Part shown: positions 20,945-34,772 of the stretch, piece by piece
How the letters are laid out: the number at the start of each line of letters is the position of its first letter
How positions within the stretch are numbered: the stretch's first letter is position 1
From: Macrostomum lignano
Taxonomy: Eukaryota
Length of the DNA: 64,000 nt
Direction of reading: 5' to 3'
Assembly: GCA_002269645.1 (NCBI GenBank)
Contig: NIVC01001115.1
Coordinates: 311,403 to 375,402, forward strand
The notes under the pieces: model-generated
The model's database searches: none
The model's input: only the letters and a program-made list of their open reading frames with translations
Told to the model about the DNA's origin: nothing
Made by a program: the position numbers and the translations under genes

Positions 20945-21605
20945 GCTTGTCCAATGACTGTGAGCATGTGTAGCTTGTCCAATGAATGTGAGCATGTGCT
21001 GTTTGTCCAATGACTGTGAGCATGTGTAGCTTGTCCAATGACTGTGAGCATGTGTAGTTTGTCCAATGACTGTGAGTATGTGTAGTTTGTCCAATGACTG
21101 TGAGCATTTGAAGCTTTTCCAATGACTGTGAGCATGTGCTGTTTGTCCAATGACTGTGAGCATGTGTAGTTTGTCCAATGACTGTGAGCATGTGTAGTTT
21201 GTCCAATGACTGTGAGCATGTGTAGTTTGTCCAATGACTGTGAGCATGTGTAGTTTGTCCAATGACTGTGAGCATGTGTAATTTATCTGTCTCCGACTGT
21301 GAGCATGTGTAGTTTGTCCAATGACTGTGAGCATGTGTAGTTTGTCCAATGACTGTGAGCATGTGTAGTTTGTCCAATGACTGTGAGCATGTGTAATTTA
21401 TCTGTCTCCGACTGTGAGCATGTGCTGTTCGTCTAATGTCTCTGACTGTGAGCATGTACAGTTTGTCTAATGTCTCTGACTGTGAGCATGTACAGTTTGT
21501 CTAATGTCTCTGACTGTGAGCATGTACAGTTTGTCTAATGTCTCTGACTGTGAGCATGTGCAGTTTGTCTAATGTCTCTGACTGTGAGCATGTACAGTTT
21601 GTCTA
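20945..21605. repeat. 28-bp minisatellite grading into a 34-bp variant
   Basis: TGTGAGCATGTGTAGTTTGTCCAATGAC units, then TGTGAGCATGTACAGTTTGTCTAATGTCTCTGAC units. Confidence 0.95.
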
Positions 21606-22986
21606 CTTGTACTTCACAGAACTCTTTGGCCATTATCACCTTAAAAGAATTGACAAAGACTAGTAAACTGATTTCATTCCTTCATTGTCGAGAATAGGAA
21701 CAAATGAAAAAGAGCATGAACTATAGTAAAGCGCATCTTCCCTTTCTTGTTGCCTCTTCTCCTAGGAGAGCCGTGCGCCGGTAGACAAAAAGGAAGCGAC
21801 TGGAACAGATTTTTCGCAGAAGCATTTTTGGGGACCCTTTTGATGGGAACAATGAATCAACGCGGATTTTCTGGGGGCTATGAGGGGATCACGAGCTCTG
21901 GAGGATCTGGGGCCGGATCTGGGCGGAAAGGACTTGAAGAATGAGGCTGCAGGCGACTCCAGCGCGGTGGAGGCGAGGAGAGATGAATGAAAAATGAACG
22001 CCATCGCCGCGGCTCCGCAGAGGAAATTAGACTCTTTAGAGAGATTGGGAGATTGGGAAGTGGGATCAGCCTCAGAAGCCGTTAGGGACCGTTTATTGAG
22101 GCAGTGGGGTTAGGGGAGATACTCATAGTTGTGCCATCTTCTTCCCTAGTTGATGCCGCTGTCCCCCACTGCCGGAAGTGCCCAGGAAGGTACACAGCAT
22201 TCGTGTTCTTTCATCCGTAGTTGCTTGCGAGATAGAAAGAAGATCGGAAGTTGAAAGCCTCCATTGAAATACTCTTGCATTGGGAATAATGTATGCTTCA
22301 TGTCATGCAGTCGGATGGCTAGTGAGGTATGTCATTATTATTATTAAAAGCCGACTTTTATGTTTTATAATATTGTTTAAGACGAATTCATTAGTACATC
22401 CTAAAGCAAAGCAAAAATGAATTTTTTGAATGTTTTCATCCCCCCAGTGTCCGGGATCTGCTGTTGCACTCTCGATGCAAACCTGCGAATTTGTCACATC
22501 CTGGACTTACAAAACTGGACTTACATTTCCGTCAGAAAGTGTTTGAGCTCGCTCGACTAGAAAAAAATCGTTCTACCAGTGCTGATTGGCTAGATTGCGG
22601 GCAAAATATTGCTGACAAAATAACCTTCAAATTTGCCTGGAACGCTTCAAGATTTAATAGCTAGAATTCTGCAAACGTTTTTAGCAAATTTGGGTCGAAA
22701 TTTTTTAGCAATAAAAAGCCAACGTCTTTAATTCTATCTTCAATAGATGTCCATATTTGTAACCTGGGGGCGTTTTTGGGCTTGTTCGACACGCATTGTC
22801 ATTTCATCAGATACAATGCAATCAAAATTGATTGATTGCCGGTTGAATGAAATCTACTCTTTATTCCTTTAAAAACGCATTCAATTTTATCAGATTAAAT
22901 GAATTACCGCTCTAATACAGGTTCTTTTCCTGCCCAGGATTTGAAATTCATTGGGAGGATGCAGATTTACACTCTGATAAAAATTG

Positions 22987-23700
<714 letters not shown>

Positions 23701-24415
23701 AGAGCTAACAGACACATCGGCAGAGAACAAATCCAAGCAAAGCCCCGACTTCACGCATCCGATAATCTGCCTCGGTCACGAGGATTCATTCTATGTTTAG
23801 TCTTTTTATTCCCCCGTGTCAAAACAAAAATCTGTTTCAGAACTTTTCAATAAGCTTCGCCCACACGCGGATTAAAGTTATTAACCTGAGCAGGCTTAAT
23901 CCAGTTGAACCCGGCTCCCAGAACCTGTTTATCTGCAGCTTCTCAACTTTCTATTTTCTCCCGACGCGAATTTAATACGCCTCCGCGTGCCAACATGCCG
24001 GATTTTAATCTGGCCTTTCGAGTCCGCTTCATCCTATCCTGTCCATATCGCTCCTCTGTTTCTTCGACTCTTCGTGAAGCCAATAACTTGTCCTCATTAA
24101 CCTGATCCCGAGGCAAAGGGATATGGGATGCGGAGAGGAATTCGACTCGATTCGGAACTGTCGGTCCCAATTGAAGTGTCGCCTCTCTGTCTGTCTGTTT
24201 CAAATTTCCCGATCATGTGGCGAAGAAATTCAACAGAAAATATAAAATTTCAGTTGTTGAGAAATTTTATACTTAATGGCTTTTTAATGCGGCTTATTCA
24301 GAGCCGCAATGTTCTGCTTATAACAGCAATGGGTTGAGGGTGGCCTCACCTAACGTTACTTGAGCATGTCCAAGGCATGCACTTTTAACGTTGCTGGCTT
24401 TGGCGTGCACTGGCG

Positions 24416-24708
<293 letters not shown>

Positions 24709-26083
24709 TAAAGTTTACATACACTTTTTGATAGTTCAGCTGTCTGGATGATGTTATGTTTTAGTAACTGTTTGTAGTGGTTTCTCGGTATTTAAATACG
24801 CTGTGTGCTTTTGTTGCTCTCACGCCATCTCATCCTTTCATCTCATTGAGTAAAGGCTAAAACATCTCTTACTCAAGCCTGAGCATAGCAGTTTGGCAAG
24901 ATGCTCATCAACCGTGTCCTTCTTTTAGTCCAGCCATCCGGTACAAAGCCGCTTGACCAGAAGTGAGAGCAGAGCTTTTTTACGACTCCTTACAATTACA
25001 ATGTGTATAAAAAAGGCATTGCGCGAACCGTTTCGCCCGGCTAACTTTGCCAAAGCAGCTCCTCTGAAGTAGAAGCGAGGCGACAAACTTCAGGCCATTC
25101 AGCCTCCTTAATACCAGCCATTATTCCTGTGAGGCTTTCTCCTCAAATATGAGGAAGAAACTGTCTCTTTTTTACAGTACCCGGTATATTTTCAATGGCC
25201 ATTTCGAACTTTACTCCTGCGAAGCCTGGATAATCCCTCGGGCCGGATTATCGCCCAGTCTCGGTCCTGTCTGCTTATCCGTATCTCCGTGACGCAGGCT
25301 TGAGCCACTCGAACTCTTTAATCCCTTTTTTCATAAGAAAGAATTCGACGGTTGATAAATATAGCGAGGCAGGGTCTCATGCTCGAGTTTTTCTACTGTT
25401 AGTAGCGTATGCCTAATTTAGTACTAAAAGTAATAGGAGAAATTAGAAGGGTTGCGGGCACCGCTGACTCCTAAGTACACACAAGCGCGTCATAACTGCA
25501 CTGACTTTCTAATCGTCAGGTACATACACTAACTCTCTGTTCACCTCTTGCGCAAGCCCCAAATGAGTGTGTTTACCTTATGACATGAAGTATTTGATCC
25601 TTTATGGAGCTACGAGTATATAATTGTAGAGATACGTACCTAGCAAAAGCAGACTCCTGGAAGTAGCTGCAGTGCTTCGCTGTCATTTAAAACTTCTTTG
25701 GTAAGAAACGATAAATAAACTACAAGAGTTGCAGATCGCAAGACGGCAGATTCAGTCCTGGGTATTTAAACTGTGAGAGCCTAAACATGACCAGCTGGTT
25801 AACGCGACACATTCGACCTGATGGATAGCTTTAATAAGCTCTGCTACGGACTGCGTGCGCCCTGACCCAATGACCTCCCATGCAGTAAGTTTTTGGGATC
25901 GCAAGTTATTAAATTTTTTCTTACTGAGCGAAAAGCGTTCTGTCGTTACTTTTCGACTATTTTTACTCTTGAAGCGAAAGTGAGCACATCCCATGGAAGT
26001 CAATGAAGCATTTTCCACCTAATATAAGCTCGATTCATAAGCATGAGGAAAGTTGAATCAAAAGAAACAAGCCTGGGTTGCTA

Positions 26084-26445
26084 GGGGGGCCGTAGCCCAG
26101 CGGTCTAGTGCAGGCTCTGGTGTGCCAGCGACCCAGGCTCCATTCCAAGTGCAGTCATATAAATTTGGGGCTGAATTGGAATCTCGGCTTGGCTCTGCTC
26201 GTGCAATTAACGGCCTTGAATGCTAACCCCCCAAGGCACAGGGGGTGAAGTGTACATGCCTAACGATAATATAAAGTTAGAGCCGCTGTACACTACTGTG
26301 TGAGTGTGTGCCTGCGTACGTATCCGCGCGCTTGTATGCCTGCTCTGGGGAGTCGGCGGAATGGGCAGCAATGCCTCTCGCCGGTTGTGTTGATGTCGCT
26401 TAAAGTGCGCCAGGGTGCACACAGGCCCCTGCCTCTAATAAAAAA
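26084..26445 (+). mobile_element. tRNA-derived SINE
   Basis: The head GGGGCCGTAGCCCAGCGGTCTAG carries an A box, a degenerate B box GGCTCCATTCC lies at 26136-26146, there is no intact cloverleaf, and the element ends in AATAAAAAA. Confidence 0.65.
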
Positions 26446-27430
26446 TCGGCTGCTAAGGAGCTTCTATAATTTTTAATGAGCTTTAAAACTCATGCGCCTG
26501 TAGTTAAAAGACAAAGCCACTGAAAAGGAGTCCACTATCAGCGAAGTTTTGTGTGTATTATTCAGAATTCACTACGACTTGCTAGTTTTATAAGAAAAAA
26601 TTTCACGACATTTCTGCACCAATTCTAATTTTATTTTCCAATCTAATTAAAGTATCTCAGCTATAGGACCATAGAATGAACGAGCCCCCAACCTTTTTCG
26701 CCATGATTTGGCTTGTTTCGCGTCCCGGTAGTTTAAGTTGTCCCTGAGTTGAATATTTCTCTTCTCCGTTTTATACATCTTGATATCGATTATTGAGTCA
26801 CACTTCCCTACTTAATATTCCTCAAAGTCTACCAAAGTCAACCAAGTGCCCATCTTCTCTTCCTTGCCTCCTTTCTAGGAAACTTTCTGCCTCCCCAATG
26901 GCTATAGTAGAGCTCTTTCTGGGTGCAACCATAAGATTGCCATGGCAACACTGCGGAAGCAAGAGAGGATAGAGAGAGTCGGCTGTGGGCGAGGACGGAA
27001 TTGAAGGCTGGCCTGTGCAGGTGGTTGCCTGGCGCTGGGGGAGTCAAGGGAAAAAGCCAAGCGCGCAGGTAACGACGATTTTTTCTGGGTGATGATGCTG
27101 GGAATGCATGCAAGCAGCTTAGCAAGCGCCTGCAAGTACTCTAGACAATGGGGCGTGGAGTAGAATGGGAAGAGAGGAGGAGATGGGTATTAAGGGGAAG
27201 AGTTGATGGCTGGGGGGGACAGCCATCAGACAGAGACCAGGAGTAAAAGGCAGGCAGGGAGACACCGGGCCACAGCCTGTTTCAGTTCCCATTTCTGTAC
27301 TTAAGTCTCGCTTCCAAGCACCGCGGGTTCAATTCTATCTGACTGCGATCGCAGTAGCTTGAATACTTTTTCAGAGGGTTTACCCGAAGTAGACACAGAC
27401 TTTAGCAGCGTTTAAGCCTTGGTCTACAGC

Positions 27431-30400
27431 ATGACAGCCGTAGCTCCGTTGAACGACCCGCAACAGGAGCAGCAGCAGCAACAGGAGCAGCAGCAGCAAC
27501 AGGAGCAGCAGCAGCAACAGGAGCAGCAGCAGCAACAGGAGCAGCAGCAGCAACAGGAGAAGCAGCAGCCCTCTTTGGAATCTCGCAGAGCTTCTGTGGC
27601 AGCATCCGCAGCGGTTTTGCGTTCGTTGGCGCAGTCGCGAGCGTCTCTGCGCCGTCGTCAGTCGCAGGCGGCCGCCTCCGGTAGCCGGCCACAGTCGGCC
27701 AATCGAGTTCTGCTGCAGGCGCGTCGCGACGAGGAGCGCCAGTTCCGATGTCAGTTCTTTACCGCGGTCGGTCTGGCCGTCTTCGGCGCTGCTCTGTGCA
27801 TCACGGGAGTCGGTCTGGCGGCCTACGGCCTGCCGACGCAGGAACGGCTGAAGCAGGACTACGCTGGCTTAAGTGCGAGCGAACTTGTGCAGGTAATAAA
27901 AAGCCCAAGACTTTTGCAAGTTTTGTTCGCGCTGGGGACATATTTAGCAACACTATTTCGTCGCAAAGACATTGCTATCAATTCAAGTTTATAATGAATA
28001 TATCTTTGATACAGCTTACAAGTAAATCAATCTCTCAACAACGTTAACACCAAGTGTACCTAGCAATAACAACAACGACAATAACAAAAATATCAATAGC
28101 AACAACAACAACATACACTGTCCCCCAGTAAGTCAGTGGAGACAGCGTCAGATGGCACACCGAAGCGCCAGCGAGCGGACAAAGTCCGGCCTATTGACGG
28201 TGTCGAGCGCCTCAGCGTCGCTCAGGATGCAGTCCACGTATTTCCGTGGTCCTCGCTTGACATCACCTGAACAGTCCTGCCAGAGTGAGCAGCCTTCTAA
28301 CGCATCTGCAAAAGCGTATCAAAGAAACTCTATAAAATTCCTGTTTTAACTTCAAATTCAGGGTTGATAGTTACATGTTACATTTAGGCTATCCAAACTC
28401 GTGGGAATTAAGACTTCGAGGTTTCAAGATCGTGGTTAAGAACTTTCTACATAATTTTTTGTTTGCCAATTTTAATGCTATACAGATTTTATTAATCTGA
28501 AACATTCAGTGTTGGTGTTGGTTGAATTGGTTGAAATTACAAGCTTTAAACCTTGTAAAATTCATCGCAGGTTGAGGTCCGGCTAATGCTGTTCGGTCGT
28601 CTTGGCGGCCTCCTACTGGGCGCAGGTGTTTTCTTCATAGTGGTACTGCTAGTGATCGGGCTGGACTATAAGATTTACCTGGACAGACAGAAGCCGGTTG
28701 AAAACGTGGTGGCCGAAATGAATCGCCGTCTATACGCCAACATCATGCAGAATCTGCGCAAAGTGGCTTCAGACGATGACACGACAAGCCTGTCGACCAG
28801 CCACCGCTCATCTGACCGGCGATCGTCAATGGCCGTCACCCTTGTTAGTAAAAATGGCAGCATTGCTGGCGGAGACAGCAGCGTTGCTTTACGAATGTCG
28901 CGACCATCGACGGCATCAGGACAGCGACGAAATTCGCTAGTGAATGCGATTCAAAACGGTGGCAGGAGAAATTCTCTGCCGGTTAAGGAGCAGCAGCAAC
29001 GAATGCAGCTGAGTCCGACTTGGAAGGTTAATAATGCGTTCGACTTCTCAGATGAGTCGATTGAGCAGTTAAAAGATAATGAAAAGAGCGGAGGAGGCGG
29101 CGGCGGCGGCGGTATTGCATCGCTGGACGATCTGTTTAATCGAACTGCGAGTCCAAAGTCTCCGTTTCCCATGGAAGGCATCGCGGAGGAGGGCTCTGTC
29201 ACAACTAGTGCAGCACCAACTTCTGCAAGTGTCGCTGTTACAACAACAACAGCAACGATTACTGATGAAACAGCAACTAATAAGGCGGAGTCTACTCCAT
29301 CTGGTGGAAAAGAGCCTGTAACAACAGGGAAAACTAAGACCACGCCTGCTGATACAGAGACGACAGAAGCGCCGGTCGCAATGGAAGCTTCTAAGATTCA
29401 GCCGCAGCCGGCGAAGCATTCGGAAGAAAAGCAGAAACAACAGCAACAGAAACCGAAGGAATCTGGCACTTCTGTCGTTGGAAGTCGACCCACGACAGCT
29501 GCAGCCAGAAATCAGACCGCCACTGGAACTAGCCGACCGACGAGCGCTGCTTCAAGCAAACAAATGACAACTGCTACTACCGCAGCCAGTAGACAGACCT
29601 CAACGACGACTACTACTACAACTACAGTTAGCAGGCCAACAACTGCCGCAGCCAGCAGACCACCAACTGCCGCAGCCAACAGACCACCAATTGCCGCAGC
29701 CAGCAGACCACCAACTGCCGCAGCCAGCAGACCACCAACAGCCACAGCCAACAGACCACCAACTGCCGCAGCCAGCAGACCACCAACTGCCGCAGCCAAT
29801 AGACCACCAACTGCCGCAGCCAATAGACCACCAACTGCCGCAGCCAGCAGACCACCAACTGCCGCAGCCAGCAGACCACCAACAGCCACAGCCAACAGAC
29901 CACCAACTGCCGCAGCCAGCAGACCACCAACTGCCGCAGCCAATAGACCACCAACTGCCGCAGCCAGCAAAACCACGATTGCAAAAACTACAGCTGCTAG
30001 CAAACCTACAACTGCTTCTGACAGCAAGCAATCTTCGCAGCCAACGCAGGCGCAAGCGGGCGATGCAGCTTCACGTAGACCGCAGACTGTGGCAGCTCGG
30101 CAGGCACCAGTTGCTTCTGCTAGACAGAAAACTGCCTCCGGTCCATCTCGACAGCAACAACAGCAGACGCAGCGGCAAGCAGAACCACAGTCTCGACAGT
30201 CGCGTCCACCAACTGCATCGACGCAGGAACCGAAAGGAGCAGGACGCCCTGAAACAGGATTTTGTCGAGACTACACAATGGTGTTCGACAGTGATCACGA
30301 ATCGAACAGCGACAGTTCAGCAGCCTCAGACGAGGAGGTTCTGTATGATGAGCACGACAGCAAAGGTGGTGCCAGCAGTGCATCGCAAAACAATCTTAAC

Positions 30401-30742
30401 CGACCGGAAACGGAGAAGCCGCAGAAGGAAAAGCTTTGGCGAGAGGATACGACGGATGAGAACGCCTCCCAAGATCAGAGCATAATCGAAGAGATGACAA
30501 GGGAGATTTGTCGGAACTTCGAGCTGGACAATGTTGGCTCGAATTCCTCGAACGCGTCGAATAACCAGCGTCAGGCAAACACGGGCGGTGACTCCGGCTT
30601 CAGTGTTCAGGTGCACGTGCACGTGCATGTAAGCAAGAACAGTTCCCCGAATCGGCAGCAGCAGCAGCAGCAACAACAAGAACAACAAGAACCGCGATCG
30701 AAGCCAAACATGCTGGAATTTGAGCACGATGGAGCAATATAA
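27431..30742 (+). CDS. Unknown two-TM membrane protein (~877 aa) with a Q-rich N-terminus and a long disordered tail. Exons 27431-27892 and 28571-30742.
   Basis: The donor CAG|GTAATA at 27892 and acceptor TCGCAG|GTT at 28571 are both phase 0. Splicing joins TM1 (FFTAVGLAVFGAALCITGVGLAAYGL) to TM2 (LGGLLLGAGVFFIVVLLVIGL). The second exon has 723 open codons. Confidence 0.75.
28064..28305 (-). mobile_element. 5'-truncated RTE-like non-LTR retrotransposon fragment in an intron
   Basis: The minus frame LWQDCSGDVKRGPRKYVDCILSD..CAI* resembles the RTE C-terminal LW..RGRP..Y.D motif. A short 3' UTR and a (GTT)n tail follow. Confidence 0.55.
29635..29970 (+). repeat. Coding 24-bp repeat (AAASRPPT)n
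   Basis: In-frame tandem repeat inside the large exon. Confidence 0.93.
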
Positions 30743-31488
30743 TATTACAACTGCACTTACGAGTACTATTTAACACATACGCCCGTAAGAACTAGCTAAT
30801 TTTAACAGTACATTCATTAACTGTTTATGTGTACTTGTTCAAACTATTCGATCGAGTGAAAAGCTGTCATCAGTTCATTATTCCTGCCCCACAATTTTTG
30901 GCACATGTACAATTGTACATTACGTTTTCAGGCTCTGTAACATCATTAACATAGTTATAGCGGTCTAATGTCATGCTTTAATTCCTGTAAAAAACTATTT
31001 AGCTCATACATGTATTACAGTGGACATCAGGTTCAGCAAGCCCTAAAATTTTCTAAAACACTTCATTTGATTAATTGTACTTTTAATTCATGACATGACT
31101 ATAGGTGTATATTTTTAAGTACACAGTCAGTTCAGCGTTCAAAATCTGAGATGAGGACTGCAGTTTCTGTTCTGCTCAGCATGTTGCTGAAAATTAAACA
31201 CAAGTCTTTACTCAGCTCTTTGTGCTATAAAAATTAAGTCGAATTAAATATTAAATGATTTTGTTGCTGCCTCCTTATGTACTAAACATTTTACTTTATA
31301 CTTGTACGATCGTAAGATCGCAAGTCCACCAGGAGACTTGTCCTCTAGGGGTTCGGAGTGTTCATCTGGGGCTGGGGAGTCTGGGACTCAATACTGCGAA
31401 ACTTAGTGGACATGCGGTCATGAGAAGATGCAAATATCTGTGCGCTCTACTGCTAGTAGCAAGCGCTGGGTTTTCTCCTATTTGTGTA

Positions 31489-33708
31489 TGATGTAACCGC
31501 CCTTGTCGCCTGTCCGCTCCGTAGAGAGACGAACGCATGACTAGAGGGGGCAATGACCGTAGGCTGCCTATGACCGGGCAATGACCTGACGGACCTCCAG
31601 CACCAGACTGTCCCGCCCACATGATTAGTAGCTTTGGTAGCGCTTCGTGACCAGAGGGCCAAGGACCCACATGGACCCCACCTGTAGCCAAGGTGCAATA
31701 GTTGGTCACTCGGTCATAGTATGACCGAGTGGCTGCCACCACTCTATGTGACCTGGCGCACCTGGATCTTTCTACCAGACCTCTCGAGGCTAGAGCCCCG
31801 CCTGGATTGGTTACCAGGGGATTTAGGCTAACAGGGGAGACGCATGCAGCCGAGTACAGGGACTCTGCTTGGGGCATGATCGGGAACTCTGGGCTCAATC
31901 CTGGAGGATTTCTCAGCAGGAGATCCTTTGTGGCTGTGAGCGAGGCTGACTTGCGACTTTGATTACTAAGAGTAGTATGAGGCGAACATGTACTGTCTAC
32001 AGTTTAGATTGCTCAGGGCGAAGGGACGCGTTAGCATGGGGTGCAACCTTCCTACTGCCATTCTGTGCCAAGACTCGCTAATCCCTCTACTGCACGCACA
32101 CGCGGCCCCGCAGCACGCACTCACAGGCGGGCTTTGCACGGGGAGAGGCCATTAGCTTACCCAAACTTCCTTATGCTTTGCCACCCCGGGAGAAAGGCTT
32201 AGCAAGCCATGAGTGAAATGATGGTGAAAGATTGAATAATGATGAAGTTAGTTAATAGTTAATAATTAGGCCCTTAGGCAAATAGTCAGGCAATTAGGCG
32301 GCTTCACTATTGAGTAAAATACAGCAAAAGATACGGTATCACAATTGGCTCAGCTCTCTAATCAGACAATGGAAAATAGGCAAACCCCGGATAAGCAAAG
32401 GCAATTAGAGCACAAATTAGTAGCAGGAACTTACCGGCAGCTGCACAGAGAGAGAGAGAGGCGGAGTGACCGAGGGCGGCTGTAGGCTGCAGTCAGGCAG
32501 ACGGTGAAGCGGCGATGTGCTGGAGCGACGAGGCGCTGATGTAGATCAGGCGATGCTGATGATGCTGGGCGGTATCAGACCGCTGGCCGATAGGCGAGCT
32601 CACTTGGGGAGCTAAGGATAACTTGGCGGTAACAGACCGCGGGCCGGCAGGGATTCGTCTTATAGACGAATGGGTCAGAACTCAATCTGACAGCAAGTCC
32701 AAAGAAGGACGAGGAGAGGAACAGAGATAAACTCAGTTGAGTATTCTCATGCCGAAATCGCTTCCTTTTATAGACCTCACAGCCGCCTCCTCAAGGTCGT
32801 TACCATGGCTCCCTCTCTCTGATTGGCTGCCGGCAGAATGACGTCAGAATGAGTCATGATGAGAAGCATGAGACCGGCATAGCAACATGAGAAATAGGGA
32901 AATTGCGCAATCCGGAGGTGGGGTGGGGGATAATTGGCGCAGCGGGTGGTCGCGAAAGTGTTGCGCAAGCAACATTGAGAACAATAGGGCTGGGGTCGAG
33001 AACAAAGGAATTGGAAATCGGGGATAATTGGGGAAAACTGAGAACAATGGAAAAGTAAAATTGGAGAAAAGGTGATAATTAGGTGCGAAAACGAGAACAA
33101 AAGAAAGAGAAAATCGGAGAAAATGTGATAATTGGTGAGGGTCGAGAGAACAAAAGAAGCAAAAACGGGAACAATAGAAGCGGAGGTGGGGTGGGTGTCA
33201 CATGAGAAATTTGGGAAGGAGAACAATAGCGTGAGAAAAGGTTGCGCAAGAGAGGGGGATGAGTCATCGATGAGTCACCGAGGGGGAGAAGGGGTCACAC
33301 GACTTGCGTCACCGTTTGGGAGTTTGAGAGGGGATGGGGAGACGGTGAGCACACAAAGTACTGTACATGTAAGTAGACACAGGGAAAGAGGGGACAGCGC
33401 AGGAAAAGAGTGCAGAGGGAGACAAAAAAAGGGAGGAGGTAGAGAAAGTACAGGAAGAATAGGGCGGGAACAGAAGAGATAGGGTAGAGGGGGAGGTACA
33501 GAAAGGGGTAGGGGCTCCGGAAAGGCAGGTGTGGCGGCAGGAGAGACGGGACCAAGGCAGCAGGAGGGGTGCAGCAGAGCGGGAGTCTCCAGGCCCGGTC
33601 GGAGACCTGGCCGAGTCTCGACAGCTCTGTGCAGAGGGTGCACGGGATAGGAGGCACTTTCGAAAAAGTTCCCATGCCCTATCCCGCGACCAGAGCGTGG
33701 TTACATCA
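31489..33708 (-). repeat. 3' LTR (2220 bp)
   Basis: Direct repeat of 42435-44646 with 10-bp inverted termini TG..CA. Confidence 0.96.
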
Positions 33709-33725
33709 CACCCCCACTGCCTTTT
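33709..33725 (-). promoter_or_regulatory. Polypurine tract
   Basis: The minus strand reads AAAAGGCAGTGGGGGTG immediately before the 3' LTR. Confidence 0.75.
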
Positions 33726-34772
33726 GTGACGGAACTGGTTCCGTCATCATCACTGCCCAACATGGAACCACACAGACGGGAGCGGGATCTCAACCGAACG
33801 TGAAATCACAGAATTAACAAACCGCGAGCGGGAATGGAAAAGGCGATAAAATAGAGGGGATAGCAATAAATTCACAAAACGAGATACATAGGTTGGAGTG
33901 CAATACAGAATTTCAAAAATTTCAACTGTTGCTGTGGCTAAAGTGGGAGGGGGGAAACACAGACAGCGCAATAGTAGGGAGAAAAATAGCGAATTGTCAA
34001 CAATAAATTATCATAATTGGATAGAAGCGCAGCTGGGAAAGAGAGGAAACGGGGAAGGGTGAGGGAAGTGGGGAAAAAGAAGGGGGGAAGGGTTGCTAGC
34101 ACACAGCCAAGGGCAGAGCCTCGGGGAGAATGACAATTACACAGGGGAAAAATACTAATGCAGCGCAGTAAATTAATAAGCTAATTTCGCCGGGAGTTCA
34201 ACCGCACGGAGGCCTAGCGTCCTTGAAGGCTCGGACCCGCTTCAGCCAGTCAGAGGGCTTCGGGGCGATCGGTTGTAGGCTGGGAGGCGCCGCGCCGTGC
34301 GCTGGCCACTGTATAAAAGGCGCCACTGATAACGGGAGCCGGCTGCCTGCAACCTACACGGAGTCGCAGTTTCCAACCAAGGCACTCAGCGCGATTTTCC
34401 AAACTATACAACTACTCGGTAAGTCCCATCACCAACCTGATTTCCTTTCGCCTATACGTTAAACGAAATCTACCCACTCGCCATGCCTTTCGTTTTAAAC
34501 TGAGCCAATTGCAGTAATAATATACATGTATGGCCTTTCTTACGGTAAAAGTAGTGAGCAGCCAACACAGAGCCATTTTTAGGAATTTTTAGAATAATGA
34601 CACAACAATGACTCGTATATTGGTTATTAAAGTTTAAAAATGAATATTATGGAAGAACCGAATATTAATAGGATAATTTCACACACACACACACGACAAA
34701 CACACAACGCAAGGGGGCGGAAAGGCGGGTCGGACCGGCCGGCGGACGTCGCTCAGCAGGCAGTCAGCATCC

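Noticed and set aside
22770-22815. Second hammerhead-like motif (CUGAUGA..GAAC on the minus strand)
   Set aside because: It has a three-nt insertion after the core, GAAC instead of GAAA, and no stem I.
26084-26160. tRNA gene
   Set aside because: The B box is degenerate, there is no complete cloverleaf, and it continues into a SINE-like body.
28130-28270. Possible middle exon of the 2-TM gene
   Set aside because: The best-looking + frame has incompatible phases or a stop, exons 1 and 2 already join in phase, and the segment is better explained as an antisense RTE fragment.
31362-31898. ORFs inside the LTRs (also 42395-42844, 32777-33675 and 43558-44702)
   Set aside because: They differ between the two LTR copies through indels, run across LTR boundaries and are low-complexity. 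No domain was recognised.
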